Part shown: in pieces, positions 42,094 to 55,246 of the stretch
Numbering within the stretch: the stretch's first letter is position 1
How the letters are laid out: each line of letters opens with the position of its first letter
Assembly: GCF_009914755.1 (NCBI RefSeq)
Contig: NC_060926.1
Origin: the human T2T-CHM13v2.0 reference genome, Homo sapiens
Strand: one strand, 5' to 3'
Length of the DNA: 64,000 nt
Notes under the pieces: model-generated
Told to the model about the DNA's origin: nothing
What the model saw: only the letters and a program-made list of their open reading frames with translations
The model's database searches: none
Position numbers and translations under genes: made by a program

Positions 42094-43470
42094 AAATGTA
42101 AACCAGTACAGCCTCTATGGAAAACAGTATGGAGAGTCCTTAAAGAACCAAAAGTAGGTCTACCATTCGATGCAGCGACCAATACTAGATACCCAGTGAT
42201 ACTGGGTAAAACTACTACATATTGGGTACAATGTACACTACTCAAGTGATGGGTGCACCAAAATCTCAGAATTAAGAACATAATTCATCCATGTAACCAA
42301 AATGACTTGTATCTAAAACGCTATTGAAATAAACAAGTAAAAAAAAAAATACCCAGTGATACTGGGTATCTAGTATCTGGGAAAAGAAGTCATTATATGA
42401 TAAAGACACACACACACACGTATATAGCAGCACAATTCATAATTGCCAAGATATGGAACCAACTCAAGTGCCCATTGGCCAATGAGTGCCTAAAGAAAAT
42501 GTGGTATGTATACACCATGGAATACTACTCAGTCATAAAAAGGAATGAAATTATGTCTTTGGGAGCAACTTGGATGGAGCTGGAGGCCATTATTCTAAAT
42601 AAAGTAACTCAGGAATGGAAAACCAAATACCGTGTGTTCTCACTATAAAAAGTAAAGTAGACGTTCCTCTTCAAAGACTTTCCTCCCCATCTAATTAAAA
42701 ATAAATAGTAACTTCTCTTAAAAGCAAAATTTATTCAAAGACCTGTACTAGCATTCTTAAATACCTGCTAGCCATAATAAAAAATCAATGTACTTTATGT
42801 TCTTAGCTCCCACAATTTAGCTTAAATATTTGCTCTGACATGCTTATACTGGTCCAAGCAAGCATTAGGTCATAGCCTGTTCCTCTTCCTTATCTAAAGG
42901 TGTTTTTACCTTTCTCAACATTCTACAAGTTACTTCCTCCTTCCTTTGTTCGCCTCTGCCTTTGCCTCTTTTTAAAAGTTCTAAGTTGCTAGCCAATCAA
43001 GACAAATACAGAATGTGAGGTCCCATTCCAGCCAATAGAAACTGGATACAGCAGTAAGGTGGACTCATCAGATTATAAATGACCCATCTCCTTTGTTCAG
43101 TGTACTCTCGTGACAAAACTGCTAGCGAGCGTACCCTTTCTAGAAAAAATAAAAATGGCCTTGCTAAATAATGTTCAAATACTATTTCTTTAAGGCACCA
43201 AGAAACAAACATTTCTAACATCACTTATAAGTGGGAGCTAAGATATAAGGACACAGAGGCACACAGAGTGATATAATGGACTATGGAGTCTCAGAAGGGG
43301 CAGGCTGGGAGGGGGGTGAGGGATAAAAAACACTACATATTGGGTATAATGTACACTACTCAAGTGATGGGTGCACCAAAATCTCAGAATTAAGAACATA
43401 ATTCATCCAAGTAACCAAAATGACTTGTATCCAAAACCCTACTGAAATAAACAAGTAAAAAAAAAAAAAT
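42094..43470 (+). mobile_element. L1PB/L1MA-type 3' fragment, rearranged and interrupted by an LTR
   Basis: L1 ORF2 C-terminal-like peptide (IAAQFIIAKIWNQLKCP...WMELEAIILN) and 3' UTR with A-tail at 43457-43469. Confidence 0.88.
42644..43220 (+). mobile_element. LTR10C-like (HERV-I) solo LTR
   Basis: 577 bp, starts ..aaaagtaaagtaga.gttcctcttcaaagactttcc and ends catttctaaca. 4-bp TSD TCAC (42640-42643, 43221-43224); L1 text rejoins as gttctcacttataagtgggagcta. Confidence 0.82.
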
Positions 43471-43912
43471 CCCAAAGACACCTGTGTTATTATGGCGACT
43501 GTAAATCTGCAGACACCCATGTGAATGTTAAAACACGGTTACAGTGGGTTTTCTGGGACGGGAGGATGGCAATTCAATCTTTTTCTTCAGAAAGAAAGGA
43601 AGAAGAGAGAAAGAGGAAAAAAAGAGGAAAGAAGGGAGGGAGGGAGAGAGGGAGGAAGGAAAGAAGGAAGTTGAGGAACGGGAGGAAAATATTAAAGCAG
43701 AAGACAAAGGCAGATGTAAAATCAGTCCACAAGTGCAGAAACATGTCAATAAAGCAGGAAAGCACTATCTTCCAGTTTACAAAATTTGATCAACCTGGGG
43801 GACATTCATGTTCGGGCATTTAAGAAAAAAGAGTGTGGGTATCTCCCTGCCCCTCTGCCCCACATCCAGGCCATTTTCATAGAGACTGATCGCCCTGATT
43901 CCCAGCCCCGGT

Positions 43913-43926
43913 GTTACCATGGCAAC
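43913..43926. promoter_or_regulatory. RFX X-box motif
   Basis: GTTACCATGGCAAC, a full match to GTTRCCATGGYAAC. Confidence 0.6.
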
Positions 43927-46038
43927 CCAGCAGCCTCCTTTGGTGAGGAAGGAAAGATGGCCACTGATTCTGCAGGACGCTCCGGGCAGATTTATAATAA
44001 GGCCAGGTGCAAGCTTGCAAGGCGTGGCAATGAATGGGGCCGAGCACATTAGTAGCGCACCCCACACCTGCAAGCCAGGCTAGCGCATGGCATTCATTTG
44101 AGTGTGTGCGTGCTCTCAGGGCAGTTTCGCAAAGGATGTCTTCAGAAGGGAAAAGTCCTCACTGTACCTTTGGTCTAAGGAGACAGGCCTCCTGGAGTGT
44201 GCTTTCTTCATATGTCAGAATGGTGTGTTTTCCTTTCCTATATAGCTAGGCAAAAACAAATATTAAAAAAAATTGTAAATACAAAGTAGTGCACTAATGC
44301 ATATTAGTTGTGGAAAAGAATTAGAAACATATGTTTCTATAGACACATTTTATATATAATTAAAAGAAATACATGGAGTGTGAACATGCAACTTCCTTTA
44401 ATGTGCTTTGTCACCCACCGCATTCCACGCAGCTGAAATCTCTGGAGTCTATTCAGGTGCACCTGCACTCTCCTCTCCTCCATGCTCCACACCCACTTCT
44501 GTACGCTGCTTTGCAGAGCTGAGGTCAGAGCCCTTCAATCCCTAGCTCTGCTTTCAGGGGTTAGGCCCACAATGGGGCTGAGGAGCCTGAGGTGGGAAGA
44601 GCAAGGCTGGTGTGGGGTCTGGGCCTCAGCTCGCAGTGTGCAGAAGCAGAACGCTAGGCACCCACAGAGCCAGAAACTCATTCCAGGAACTGGAAGGATG
44701 TGGTGGGGTTGGAAGAAACTATCATGTTTCCAGGGGACTCTGAGCTCTTTGTTGCAACTGGAGACTCTACGACATGCACTCTGAACCTGCTGCTCTGCGG
44801 CCAGCCTCAGCCAGGCCGGGGTGCTGAGACACGAGCTGAGCATGCAGGTTGGACCCAGCAGTGCCCACCCCTCCATTGTTCCCCTGGGCTCTGCAAATAT
44901 GTACAGATAAAATCGTGGCTAATAAAGTTGCAGCTCCTGGTGGGTCCGGGCTGATCATATGGGTGCAGGTTCCATGCTTACCTACAGAACCAAAGGGGTT
45001 TTACTGAATACAGTACCTGGTAAAGATGGCAGAGGCTGAGGCACAGGTGCCTGCGACCTTGCTGTAAGGGTGGACAGTTGGGGAGGCTGATGGAGCAGCC
45101 CTCTCCCTTCTGGTTTCACTCACTTCCCTTCACAAAAACAACAGAGGAACCATCAGGGTGGGGCCAGCTAATGAGGCCCTCAACCCTGAGCACAGAAGCA
45201 CACACTTCTTTAAGAAAGAAGAGTGCCCACACTATTTTTTCTCACATGCCCTGGTTTACCGGACACCTTGGCACTGGTGGTATCTCTGGGGTCCTCCCGT
45301 GTCCAGCACCAACCTACAGCCTAAATATTCAAATTACAGCGAGGGAAAGGCCGAAGACACGACATTCTAAGACAAGGTGGATTTCAGACTAGCACTGAGT
45401 GGATCTACAGAATAGATGAGAAAATAGAGAGTGACGAGGCTACGGCTCACAGAACATGCAGGGCCGATGGGGACATTGCTGCATCAGAGGAGCCCGGGTT
45501 TGAGCCCCTGCCCAGGAGGGCTGTCCTGAGCTGATGGAAGCCGACTGCAACAAAATGTCTTAGCAACTTTGTTTCACACTCAGGAAGTCTCTGTGACCTT
45601 CAGATTCAAGTAACTAAGATGTCCATCAATCACTCTTATCCCCCTAACAGTGTCAGGCCTCCTGGCATGTGACTGTAGCTAGAATATTTTCAGGGCCAAG
45701 AGTGAAGTCCACAGATAACTGACAAGAGATGCAAATTAGGTGCCAATTCATAGTGTTCAGAAAATTTCCATTTAAATTGCTAATCAAGCTGAATCCACTG
45801 GCAAATGTAGAAATCAACATGTACATAAATTATCTGGAAAACTGCAAAGCTCTGTAGAATACCCGGCATTGACTAGTCTGTGAAATAGAACAGAGAAATA
45901 GCAATGTCTTTAGATACAGATTACCCTCCCCAAATCTTCCAAGCATGTTCTTGTTGAGCTCTTTAGAAAGCCTCTGGGCCAGCCTTTTCAAAATGCATTT
46001 CTTTAAACAAAAATGTTCTATGAGATGGTTATTAAGTG

Positions 46039-46042
<4 letters not shown>

Positions 46043-46069
<27 letters not shown>
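46043..46069. repeat. (CA)n microsatellite
   Basis: Directly visible. Confidence 0.95.
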
Positions 46070-46795
46070 TCCACAGTGAACTAAATCTGAGAGAAATAGC
46101 ATCCTGTATCCCCTCTAGGAAAATCAAAATACATATTGGTACATTCCAGATTCTGAGGAGCCCTGCAGGACAAAAACCGACTTGCCTGGGTTGATTTAAT
46201 GTGGCATTTCTGGGAGCCACTAGATCAGAGAAGGCTCATTTTTGGTAGAGCACCTACTCCCAGCTTGGTACACATACATTGGGCAGTGCCACGCTATAGC
46301 CAACTGTGAGTTTTGCTATTACCAATTTAATTGCTTACACTTTCGTGGGAGACAACTCCCACACCAACAAGTAGGGAAACAAATCCCAGCTGCTCCTCTT
46401 TAAGCCGACTCCCATTCCAAACAAGCAACTGCTTTGCAGGCTCTCCATCTGCTCTGTTTACGTGGAAATGCAAACCCTCCATCAGATTGAGAAACGGATG
46501 ATCTGGGCTAAGCCCCTCTAATAATTGCACTGAGTCAGCAGCAGACGTCATGTCTCCCCTGCTCCACAGCCTACTATGGCTCCCCATTGCCCAGCAGGTT
46601 ACTTTGTTATTCTGCCTGTCCTGCCTTTTCTCCCATCCCTCCTCTGCACCTGTCTGCGCTTCTGTCTCATTGCAGCTCTCCCACTGCCCCCTCAATGCTG
46701 AGTCCTCCTTCCTAGTTCTTAGAGCATGCTCTTCCTCTTCCACTTATCCACAACAAAGCAAGCAAGCTCCACGCCCCTCGCCCCACAGACACTGA

Positions 46796-46971
46796 ATATT
46801 TTGGGCTTCAAGGGCCGTATGATCTCTGTCAAAACTCAACTCTGCCACGGTAATGGGAAGCAGCCAGTGACAATATGTAAGTGAATGAGTGTGGCTGAGT
46901 TCCAATAAAGCTATTTACAAAATCAGGCAGTGGGCTGGATGTAGCCTGGGGGCTGTAGTTTGCCAGTCCTG
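46796..46971 (+). mobile_element. MER58A-like hAT DNA transposon fragment
   Basis: actcaactctgcc...gttccaataaa.ctatttacaaaa.caggc...tgtagtttgcc. Confidence 0.8.
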
Positions 46972-49133
46972 ATCTTTATAATTGTCCATTCTTTAAGCAT
47001 GATTTCTAGTCTTATTCTGTGCATCTTTCATCCACAATTTCAGCAAATATCATTCATTTTAATTTCTCACTGGTCATAAGGAAGAGATTAAATGTGAAGC
47101 ATCTACTGTGTTCTAGGTTTTATGTAGACTATTTCATTGAATTATCCCAATAATTATTATTCTCGCTTTATGGATGAGCAACCCAGGCCTAGAATAGCAC
47201 ACCTATGGGAAACAGGCTCCAGCTGAATCTGGACTCTACAACTCTATGCTCCAGAGAGTCCCCATGCCCATCGTTCATTCACTTCACTGTGCTGGGTGTC
47301 CTGCAAACCCATTCCCAAACACCATCTTGCTTGACAGTCATACCATGCCAGGGGTGTAGGGACTTCCTTCATCCTCATTTGCAGATGTATAAACTGAGGC
47401 ACTGAGATCGTCAGTGACGTGCCCCAGGTCACACAGCTGGTTGCCATCAAGGCCAGGATTCAAACTCACATCTCCAGTCCTCAAAGTCAATTTCACCATG
47501 TTGGGCTGTTTTCAGTTAGTAAATAGCATCCTTCAGTGTAAGACTCAGAGGTCAGTGGAGCTTGCCAAGCAGTGCCAGGCAAATCAATGGGCAGCCTAAC
47601 CAAGGGGAGGTTAGGACCACTCAGAGGAGGTTCATTTGCATTTTGACACCTAAATTAGGAAAACTACATCTTGGCTTTCATCTTCAGGAAACTGTTAGAG
47701 GGTGCTATTTAACCAACACCCTCTTTCCAGCTTTTAAATTGAGAAGGAACACGGGAGCCAGAGTATGGCACTGTTAGGATTAGGAAGGCTACACTGGACA
47801 ACTCTAACATCCCTTTTGCATTCTAGAACTTGATACCTTATTATCCCAACCAATACTTCAAGCACCGGCAGAAATGATGGAATAAAGAGAGCAAAGATCT
47901 GATTGAGCATGGCACACATAGAACCTATCTGGTCTGTTTACTGCATAGAAACTAAAGCTCCTGATGCTGTTGGCTCTAGAGTGACTCTATCCCATGGCTA
48001 ACTCGCCCACAGATGGCAGGCTTTCCCCAGACTCATCCCCTACACTTGTCATTGAGCCTTCCTTGGGGAAGATATAAAGTGTCTGTGTGTGTATGAGAGA
48101 GAGGAAGAGAGAAAGAGAGGGAGGGAGAGAGAGATTGTAGGTGTTCCCTCTGAACCAATAGAGGAAACAGGAAATAGGAAGCTAGGGGAATAAGGGTTTC
48201 CCCTTGTATCAGTTAGCTATCACCAGGTTACACCACGTAACAAGCAACCCCTCACATTGGAACTACAATAACTTATAGCTACAAAGGGCTATTTCTCACA
48301 TAGTTACATGTTGGTTGGCTGCAGTGCTCTGGCATCACTCCACGTGTCTTCCCCATTCTGAGATGTCTAAGGAAGCAGCTCCTTCTCGGTTTCTTGGCAG
48401 AAGGTGCAGATCAAGAAGACTGGCCAAAAGCATGTATATGTCATTGATCAAAGCAAGTCACATGATCAAGCCCCACATCAATGGGGTTGTTAGCCCTCTC
48501 ACAAGAAGATAAATACTTGTGAACAACAGTACAGTCTACCATACTCCCTCACAGGAACAATTCTACATCAAAGTAGAACAGAAGAATGTCCTTCCTCTAA
48601 GTAAAGACAAATTGAGTTGTCTAATTTCACTTACCCAAGATGATGAATCAATGATTAATTCCAGACATGTCAGGAATAATGACATAAGCTACATCTATTA
48701 TAAATTTAAGGTGTCTTCAACAATGCTCTTATATCTGCCCACTTCCATTTATTACAACATCTCTATCTTGGTTCCTATCACCAGAACCTCTTCCTGGTCT
48801 TCCTCCTATAAGTTGACTCCTCCAGTTCACTCTCAATATTGTAGCTGGAGTGAGTGACAACAATGTAGTCTTGTCATTCTCTGTGTAAAACCCTTTGTAT
48901 CTGCAACTTGAACTCAAAAAAAGAGCTAATCATTTTTGCCCATTTACTATTTTCCAGATATGTTTCTGAGATAATATATACTATTTTATTTAATCCTCAC
49001 AAAACACTATTAAATACTACTATTAGTACTAATACTTAATAGACTTATTTAATATTTAACAGGAGCCAGAGTTTCAAAAAGATTAAGCACTTTCCCCTGT
49101 TGAGTTTGAGTTTTTAATATGAGATGAGAGACT

Positions 49134-49644
49134 ACAGTAGCCAGTCCCCAAGATGGCACCCAGTGATTCCTGCCTCCCGGTATTCACACCATTGTAAGTC
49201 CCCTTCCACATTGTGTCAGGGTTGGCGTGACCCACAGAATATGGCAGAAGTGATGATGTGGGACTCCCAAGGCTAGGTCATACAAGACATTGTAGCTTCT
49301 GTTTTGGTCTGTCGCTGGGGTCATTCTGTCAGAGGTAGGCAGCTGCCATATTGTGAGGACACTCAAGCAGCACTATGGAAAGGTCTACAGAACAAGGAGC
49401 TGAGCTCACCTGCCAGTGGCCAACAAGAAACTGAGGGCTGCCAAATTGGGTGAGTGAGCCTTCTTGAAATCAGATCCTCAAACGCTGAGATTACTGCAGC
49501 CCTGGCCAATGCCTTGATGGAAACCTCATAAGAGACCCAGAGCTAGAGCTAGGTTAAGTTGCCCCCAAAGTCTTGAGCCACAGAAACTGCGAGATAAATA
49601 TATGTTGTTTTAAGCTGCAAAGTTTTGGGGGTAATTTGTTGCAT
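49134..49644 (+). mobile_element. MLT1F-like MaLR LTR
   Basis: ccaagatggcacccagtgattcctgcctcccggtattcacacc ... gggggtaatttgttgcatagcaataga. Confidence 0.75.
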
Positions 49645-49789
49645 AGCAATAGAAAATTAATTCACTCTGCCACCTTCACACTAAACTCAGTTCTTAAGAC
49701 CCCTGGGCAGCACTCCGTAGTACCCACTACTATGGAGTATGGGAAATGGTAAGATATTCTAAGAGGAAAAATTAAACTAGGGCTAAGAA

Positions 49790-50215
49790 GCATGTTAAGA
49801 CGTTATGGTTTTAAATAGGATGGTCAAGAAAAGACTCACAGGGAAGGCAACATTTGCTGAAAGGCCTGGAGGTGGTGGGGAAGTGAGCCCACTGGTGATC
49901 TTGGGGAAGAACATTCCATAAAAGGGGAACAAGTGCAGAGGCCAGAGCTGAGGAGGGCCTGGCATGCTCACAGGCACTGAAGAGGTCCAGTGGCTCGAAC
50001 AGGTGAGTGCAGATGAGCGCAGTGGCTGGAACAGGTGAGTGGCTGGAACAGGTGAGTGCAGGGTGTGTATTCGGAGATGAGATCCAACAGGGAAGAGAAA
50101 AGATCGGATCAAGCAGTGGCCTTGTGGGTGATTTTCAGGACTTTGGTTTTCAGTCTGAGTGAGATGGAAAGTCATCAGACAGCTTTGACCAGAGGAGTGA
50201 CACCATTCAACTCAT
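49790..50215 (-). mobile_element. L2 relic
   Basis: ggggaagaacattcca..aaaggggaacaagtgcagaggcc...ggactttggttttcagtctgagtgagatggaaag. Confidence 0.7.
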
Positions 50216-50905
50216 ACTAGTGCCCTCCTTCATCCTAAAAATAATTGTTGAACAGAATTAGATAATGTGGCTAACATTAATTAACTGATAGTTATGTGCC
50301 AGGCATTATATAACATACTTTACCTAGATTAAAGGTGATCGTAGGATATCCATGAACATCCCCATTCTATTGATGGGAAAACTGAATCTTGGGGAGATAA
50401 AATAGCCAGTCTGCAATCATACAGCCAGGGAGTGATGGAGCTGGGCTCTGAACCCAGGTAGCCTGGACTTACTAATTAAGCAGCTACTGTTCCTATAACC
50501 AAAAGTCCAACATAGCCAGGTATATAAAATATACTCAATATCACTAATCATTAGGGAAATGCAGGTACAAACCACAAAGAGATGTCACCTCACCCCTGTC
50601 AGAATGGCTATTACCAAAAAGACAAGACATAAAAAATTGTTGGCAAGAATGTGAAAAACAGAGAATCCTTGTACGCTGTTGGTGGAAATGTAAATTAGTA
50701 CAGCCATTATGGAAAACAGTATGGAGGTTCCTCAAAAAACTATGATCCAGCAATCTCACCACTGGGTATAGATCCAAAGAAAATGAACTTAGTATGTCAA
50801 AGAGATAGCTACACTCCCACGTTCATGCCAGCATTATTCACAATAGCCAAGACACGGAATCAACCTAAGTGTCCATCAAGGGATGAATGGATAAAGAAAA
50901 TGTTT

Positions 50906-51278
50906 TATATATATATACACACACATACACATATACATATATATACATATATATACATACATATATACATATATAAGTATATATGTATATATACATGTAT
51001 ATATGTACATATATACATATATAAGTATATATATGTATATGTGTATATATACACATATACATATATAAGTATATATACATATATATGTATATATATGTAT
51101 ATGTGTATATGTGTATATATATACATATATATGTATATATACATATATATGTATATATATGTATATATGTGTATATATATACATATACGTATATATACGT
51201 ATATGTGTATATATATACATATATACATATATATACGTATATATACGTATATGTATATATATACACATATATACATAT
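50906..51278. repeat. (TA)n/(CATA)n/(TATG)n compound microsatellite
   Basis: Directly visible; expanded from the L1 tatatacac motif. Confidence 0.95.
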
Positions 51279-51780
51279 GCAACAGAATACTATTCGGCCT
51301 TAAAAATGAGGGAAATCCTGTTATTTGCGACAACATGGATGAACCTGGAGGACTTATGTTAAGTGAAATAAGCCATGTACAGAAAGACAAATACTGTGTG
51401 ATCTCACTCACATGCGGAATCTAAAAAAAGTCTAATTCATAGAAGCAGAGAGTAGAATGGTGGTTGTCAGAGGCTGGGGAGTAGGATGAGGATGTTGGTC
51501 AAAAGGTACAAAGTTTCAGTTAGACCAGAAGAATAAGCTTTAGTGATCTGTGACACCACATGGTGACCATAGTTAATAATAATGTATTGTATATTTTAAA
51601 ATTACTAATAAAGTTGATTTTAAACATTCTCATTGCAAAACAATGATAAGTAGGTGAGGTGATGGATATGTTAATTACCTTGATTTAATTTTTCTACAGC
51701 ATATACGTAGATTAAAATATCACACTCTACCACATAAATAGATACTTTTTTGGGGGGTGGAGATGTTTAGCGATGTTTCA

Positions 51781-52364
<584 letters not shown>

Positions 52365-54888
52365 CTTGCACCGTTATTATGTGTCAATTAAAAAAATTTT
52401 TTTAAATCATCATGTTGTACACCATAAATATATACAATTTTTGTCAATTTAAAAGTTAATTAATTTTAAAAATTAAAAATTAAATTACCTAAAAAAGGTC
52501 ACACGTGGGGCTGACGATCAGTGAAACTGAAGTACTCCTCTTCAAATAATCTAGTCCTGCCAGACAACTCTGCCATGTAGTCCCTCTGCCCTGTGTCAAT
52601 TCTCGATGCCCTGCCCCGGGAGAGGCTGCAGGGCCAGTGGGGAGAGCACTGCCTGGACCCAGATGGACTCGCCTGTAAGCCCAGCAGCAACACTCCCTCT
52701 CAGGCAGACAGTGCAATTTCCCTGACCTCAGTTTCCATGACCTTCAGGCTTTTTGCGTGAGTCAGGTAGCACATGATAAAGCTAAGTTAGTGGGAATAGT
52801 TATGGTTTTACTAAAGTCATTATTTGGGGGGAAAATCTAAAATCTGAACTAATTACATTTTAGATGATTTATTCCAGTATTCCATAAGGTAAACTATATT
52901 TTAAGTGTTTTAGAGTATCTGAGAAAAAGGAACTGGGTTTTTTTTTTCTTTTCTCATAATGTCTCAAATGCTGGGGACTTTTGCCCAAACGCTGAGGACT
53001 TTTGCCCAGCCACGGGACTGCTGTAAACAATGACAAACACCAAAACAGCTTCTTATAAACATAAATTCTTTTTGTCAAAACCATTAGTATTTTCTATATT
53101 CATTCCTCAGTGGCCAGAGACAGACATGATAACGGAGGTTCTAAAAATGGTTTTGACCCAAAGTGTACCAGCGACATTCATCTCGCCACGCAAATCTGAC
53201 CATCTAATGGGGTTCTCCCTGGTTCTGCTGACGCAGCTCATTTTTTAATGGCCTTCCTTAGTCACACATGAGGGTCAGTGACGAACATAACCTATCAGGG
53301 CCTGGCCCTGCTTCCTGTTAATACCCCCGACTTGGTGCTAGGGTCGGCCGAGCACCACGCATCATTTTTTTCAGGTCTATCAGTGGTTTCCCAGGTCATG
53401 AGGTGAGCCTTTCACATGGCAATGTTCGATGCAGGAAAGACATTGCATTTGAGGCATTTGAGGACTCCCAGGCTTTATGTGATAGTAGAAAACAGATGTC
53501 AGGGACCGCGTAAGGACTCAATCACATCCAAATAGTTTGCAGACATTTTCTTAGAAAGGATGGAGGATGTCTCTGTCACCTCTTAGTGGAGAACAATCTC
53601 TCAGAGAAACCCAACTCAAGCAGAGCCCTTGGGGTTAACCTTTTAAATTGATCATGTGGGTCCTCATCATACATACCAGAAAATGTCAGCACCCTTCTGG
53701 ATATTCCCGACTTTGTGAATAAGGTTGGGCTACAGGGATAGGCAGATCCTTCCCCAAGAATGGCTCTTTATCCTCTTGACATTTTGCAGTTTTCATGGTC
53801 ATCTGTGGAAGCCATGCCCCAGGTATGACGTCTAATATAGAAGACTAATGGTAAACAATGGGGTTCGGGTCTTAAAATTGTGGCTGAAACTTGTGGGTGG
53901 GGAGGGGGTAGTCAGAGGAGAGGCCAGAGTCAAATGCTATGAATGTTGGATAATGAGTCGTCCAAGTAGCCAAGTCAGAGAGAAAATGGTAGACGGGTTA
54001 CAGGGTCAGTTTACAGAAACTGGAAATAGGCCAGGTAGCTTTGGAAACGAAGTTTCCACATCTGTATGAGCAGCTGGTCCTAGCGTGTGTGGCCTGGAGC
54101 CTGAGGGCCTCTCACTAGGTAGGGCTCTCTCTGGGGTCTCTCCTTCACCTGCATCTCTCTCCCGACCTGGTCCCCATGGATCATCCACCCTACATCTTCA
54201 TGCCTTTTAGGCTGTTCCTTACCTCCTTGCCTCTATTTATTCACCAGTCCTCAGACACAGACGACAATCTTATTCAACAGGCATTTGCTGAGCACTGTGT
54301 GCCAGGGAGCGTTCTCGATGCTGTAGGCCCATTGGTGAGCAGAGACTGCGCACCTGTGAGGTTTCTGTTCTTGTGAGGGTGATGGATGACAGACAAAGGA
54401 GGCCTGCAGAAGAGTCTATTCTTGCAGCTTGGACTAAGTCATCAAGCTGTGCTGACCAGGGTCAGCCACAGAGGGCCAGGAGGATGACCTTGGAGAGGGT
54501 GGAAGGAGCAGGAATGTGAGGAGTCAGGGAGGTGTGTCTGGGGCAGAGGGCATGGCACGCAGGAAGGCAGGGAAGGATGGGCCCGCAGGGTTCAGGAACA
54601 GCAGCGGGGTGCAGACCAGAGAGTGCCCGGAAAGCACGAGGAATTTGCTTGAAACGTAATGGAAGCCCCTTTCCTCTGTTTGCTCACCCTCACCTTCCTG
54701 GAAGGTGCTAACCTACTTTTTAAAACTCCAATGAGATGGACCTCACGTGATCACGGCAAGAGGGCAGCCACACCCTCGCAGGGAGCTCCTGGAGATCGAG
54801 GTAAATGCCTTACTTACGGTGGTGCCCAGTGTCTAGCAAGGTGTGGGGCCATCAACACATTTGTGGAGCTAGCCAGAAGTGAATGAAT

Positions 54889-55246
54889 GAGGGAAGGAAG
54901 GAAGGAAGGAAGGAAGGGAAGGAGAGAGGGAGAGAGGGAGGAAGGAAGGAAGGAAGGAAGGAAGGAAGGAAGGAAGGAAGGAAGGGAAGGGAAGGGAAGG
55001 AGAGAGGGAGAGAGGGAGGAAGGAAGGAAGGAAGGAAGGAAGGAAGGGAAGGGAAGGAGAGAGGGAGAGAGGGAGGAAGGAAGGAAGGAAGGAAGCAAGG
55101 AAGGGAGGGAAGGAAGGAGAGAGGGAGGGAGGAAGGAAGGAAGGAAGGGAGCAAGGAAGGAAGGAGGGAAGGAAGGAAGCAAGGAAGGAAAGGAAAGGAA
55201 AGGAGGGAGGGAAGGAGGGAGGGAGGGAGGGAGGGAGGAAGGAAGG
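54889..55246. repeat. (GGAA)n / polypurine array at an L2-like tail
   Basis: ~360 bp almost all A/G; 11 consecutive GGAA at 54940-54983; preceded by gtgaatgaatga. Confidence 0.96.

Noticed and set aside
50783-51424. Tyr/Ile-rich ORFs
   Set aside because: Translations of a TA microsatellite inside an L1 relic.
52970-53008. 21-bp imperfect tandem duplication resembling NF-kB sites
   Set aside because: Does not fit GGGRNWYYCC; ordinary slippage duplication.
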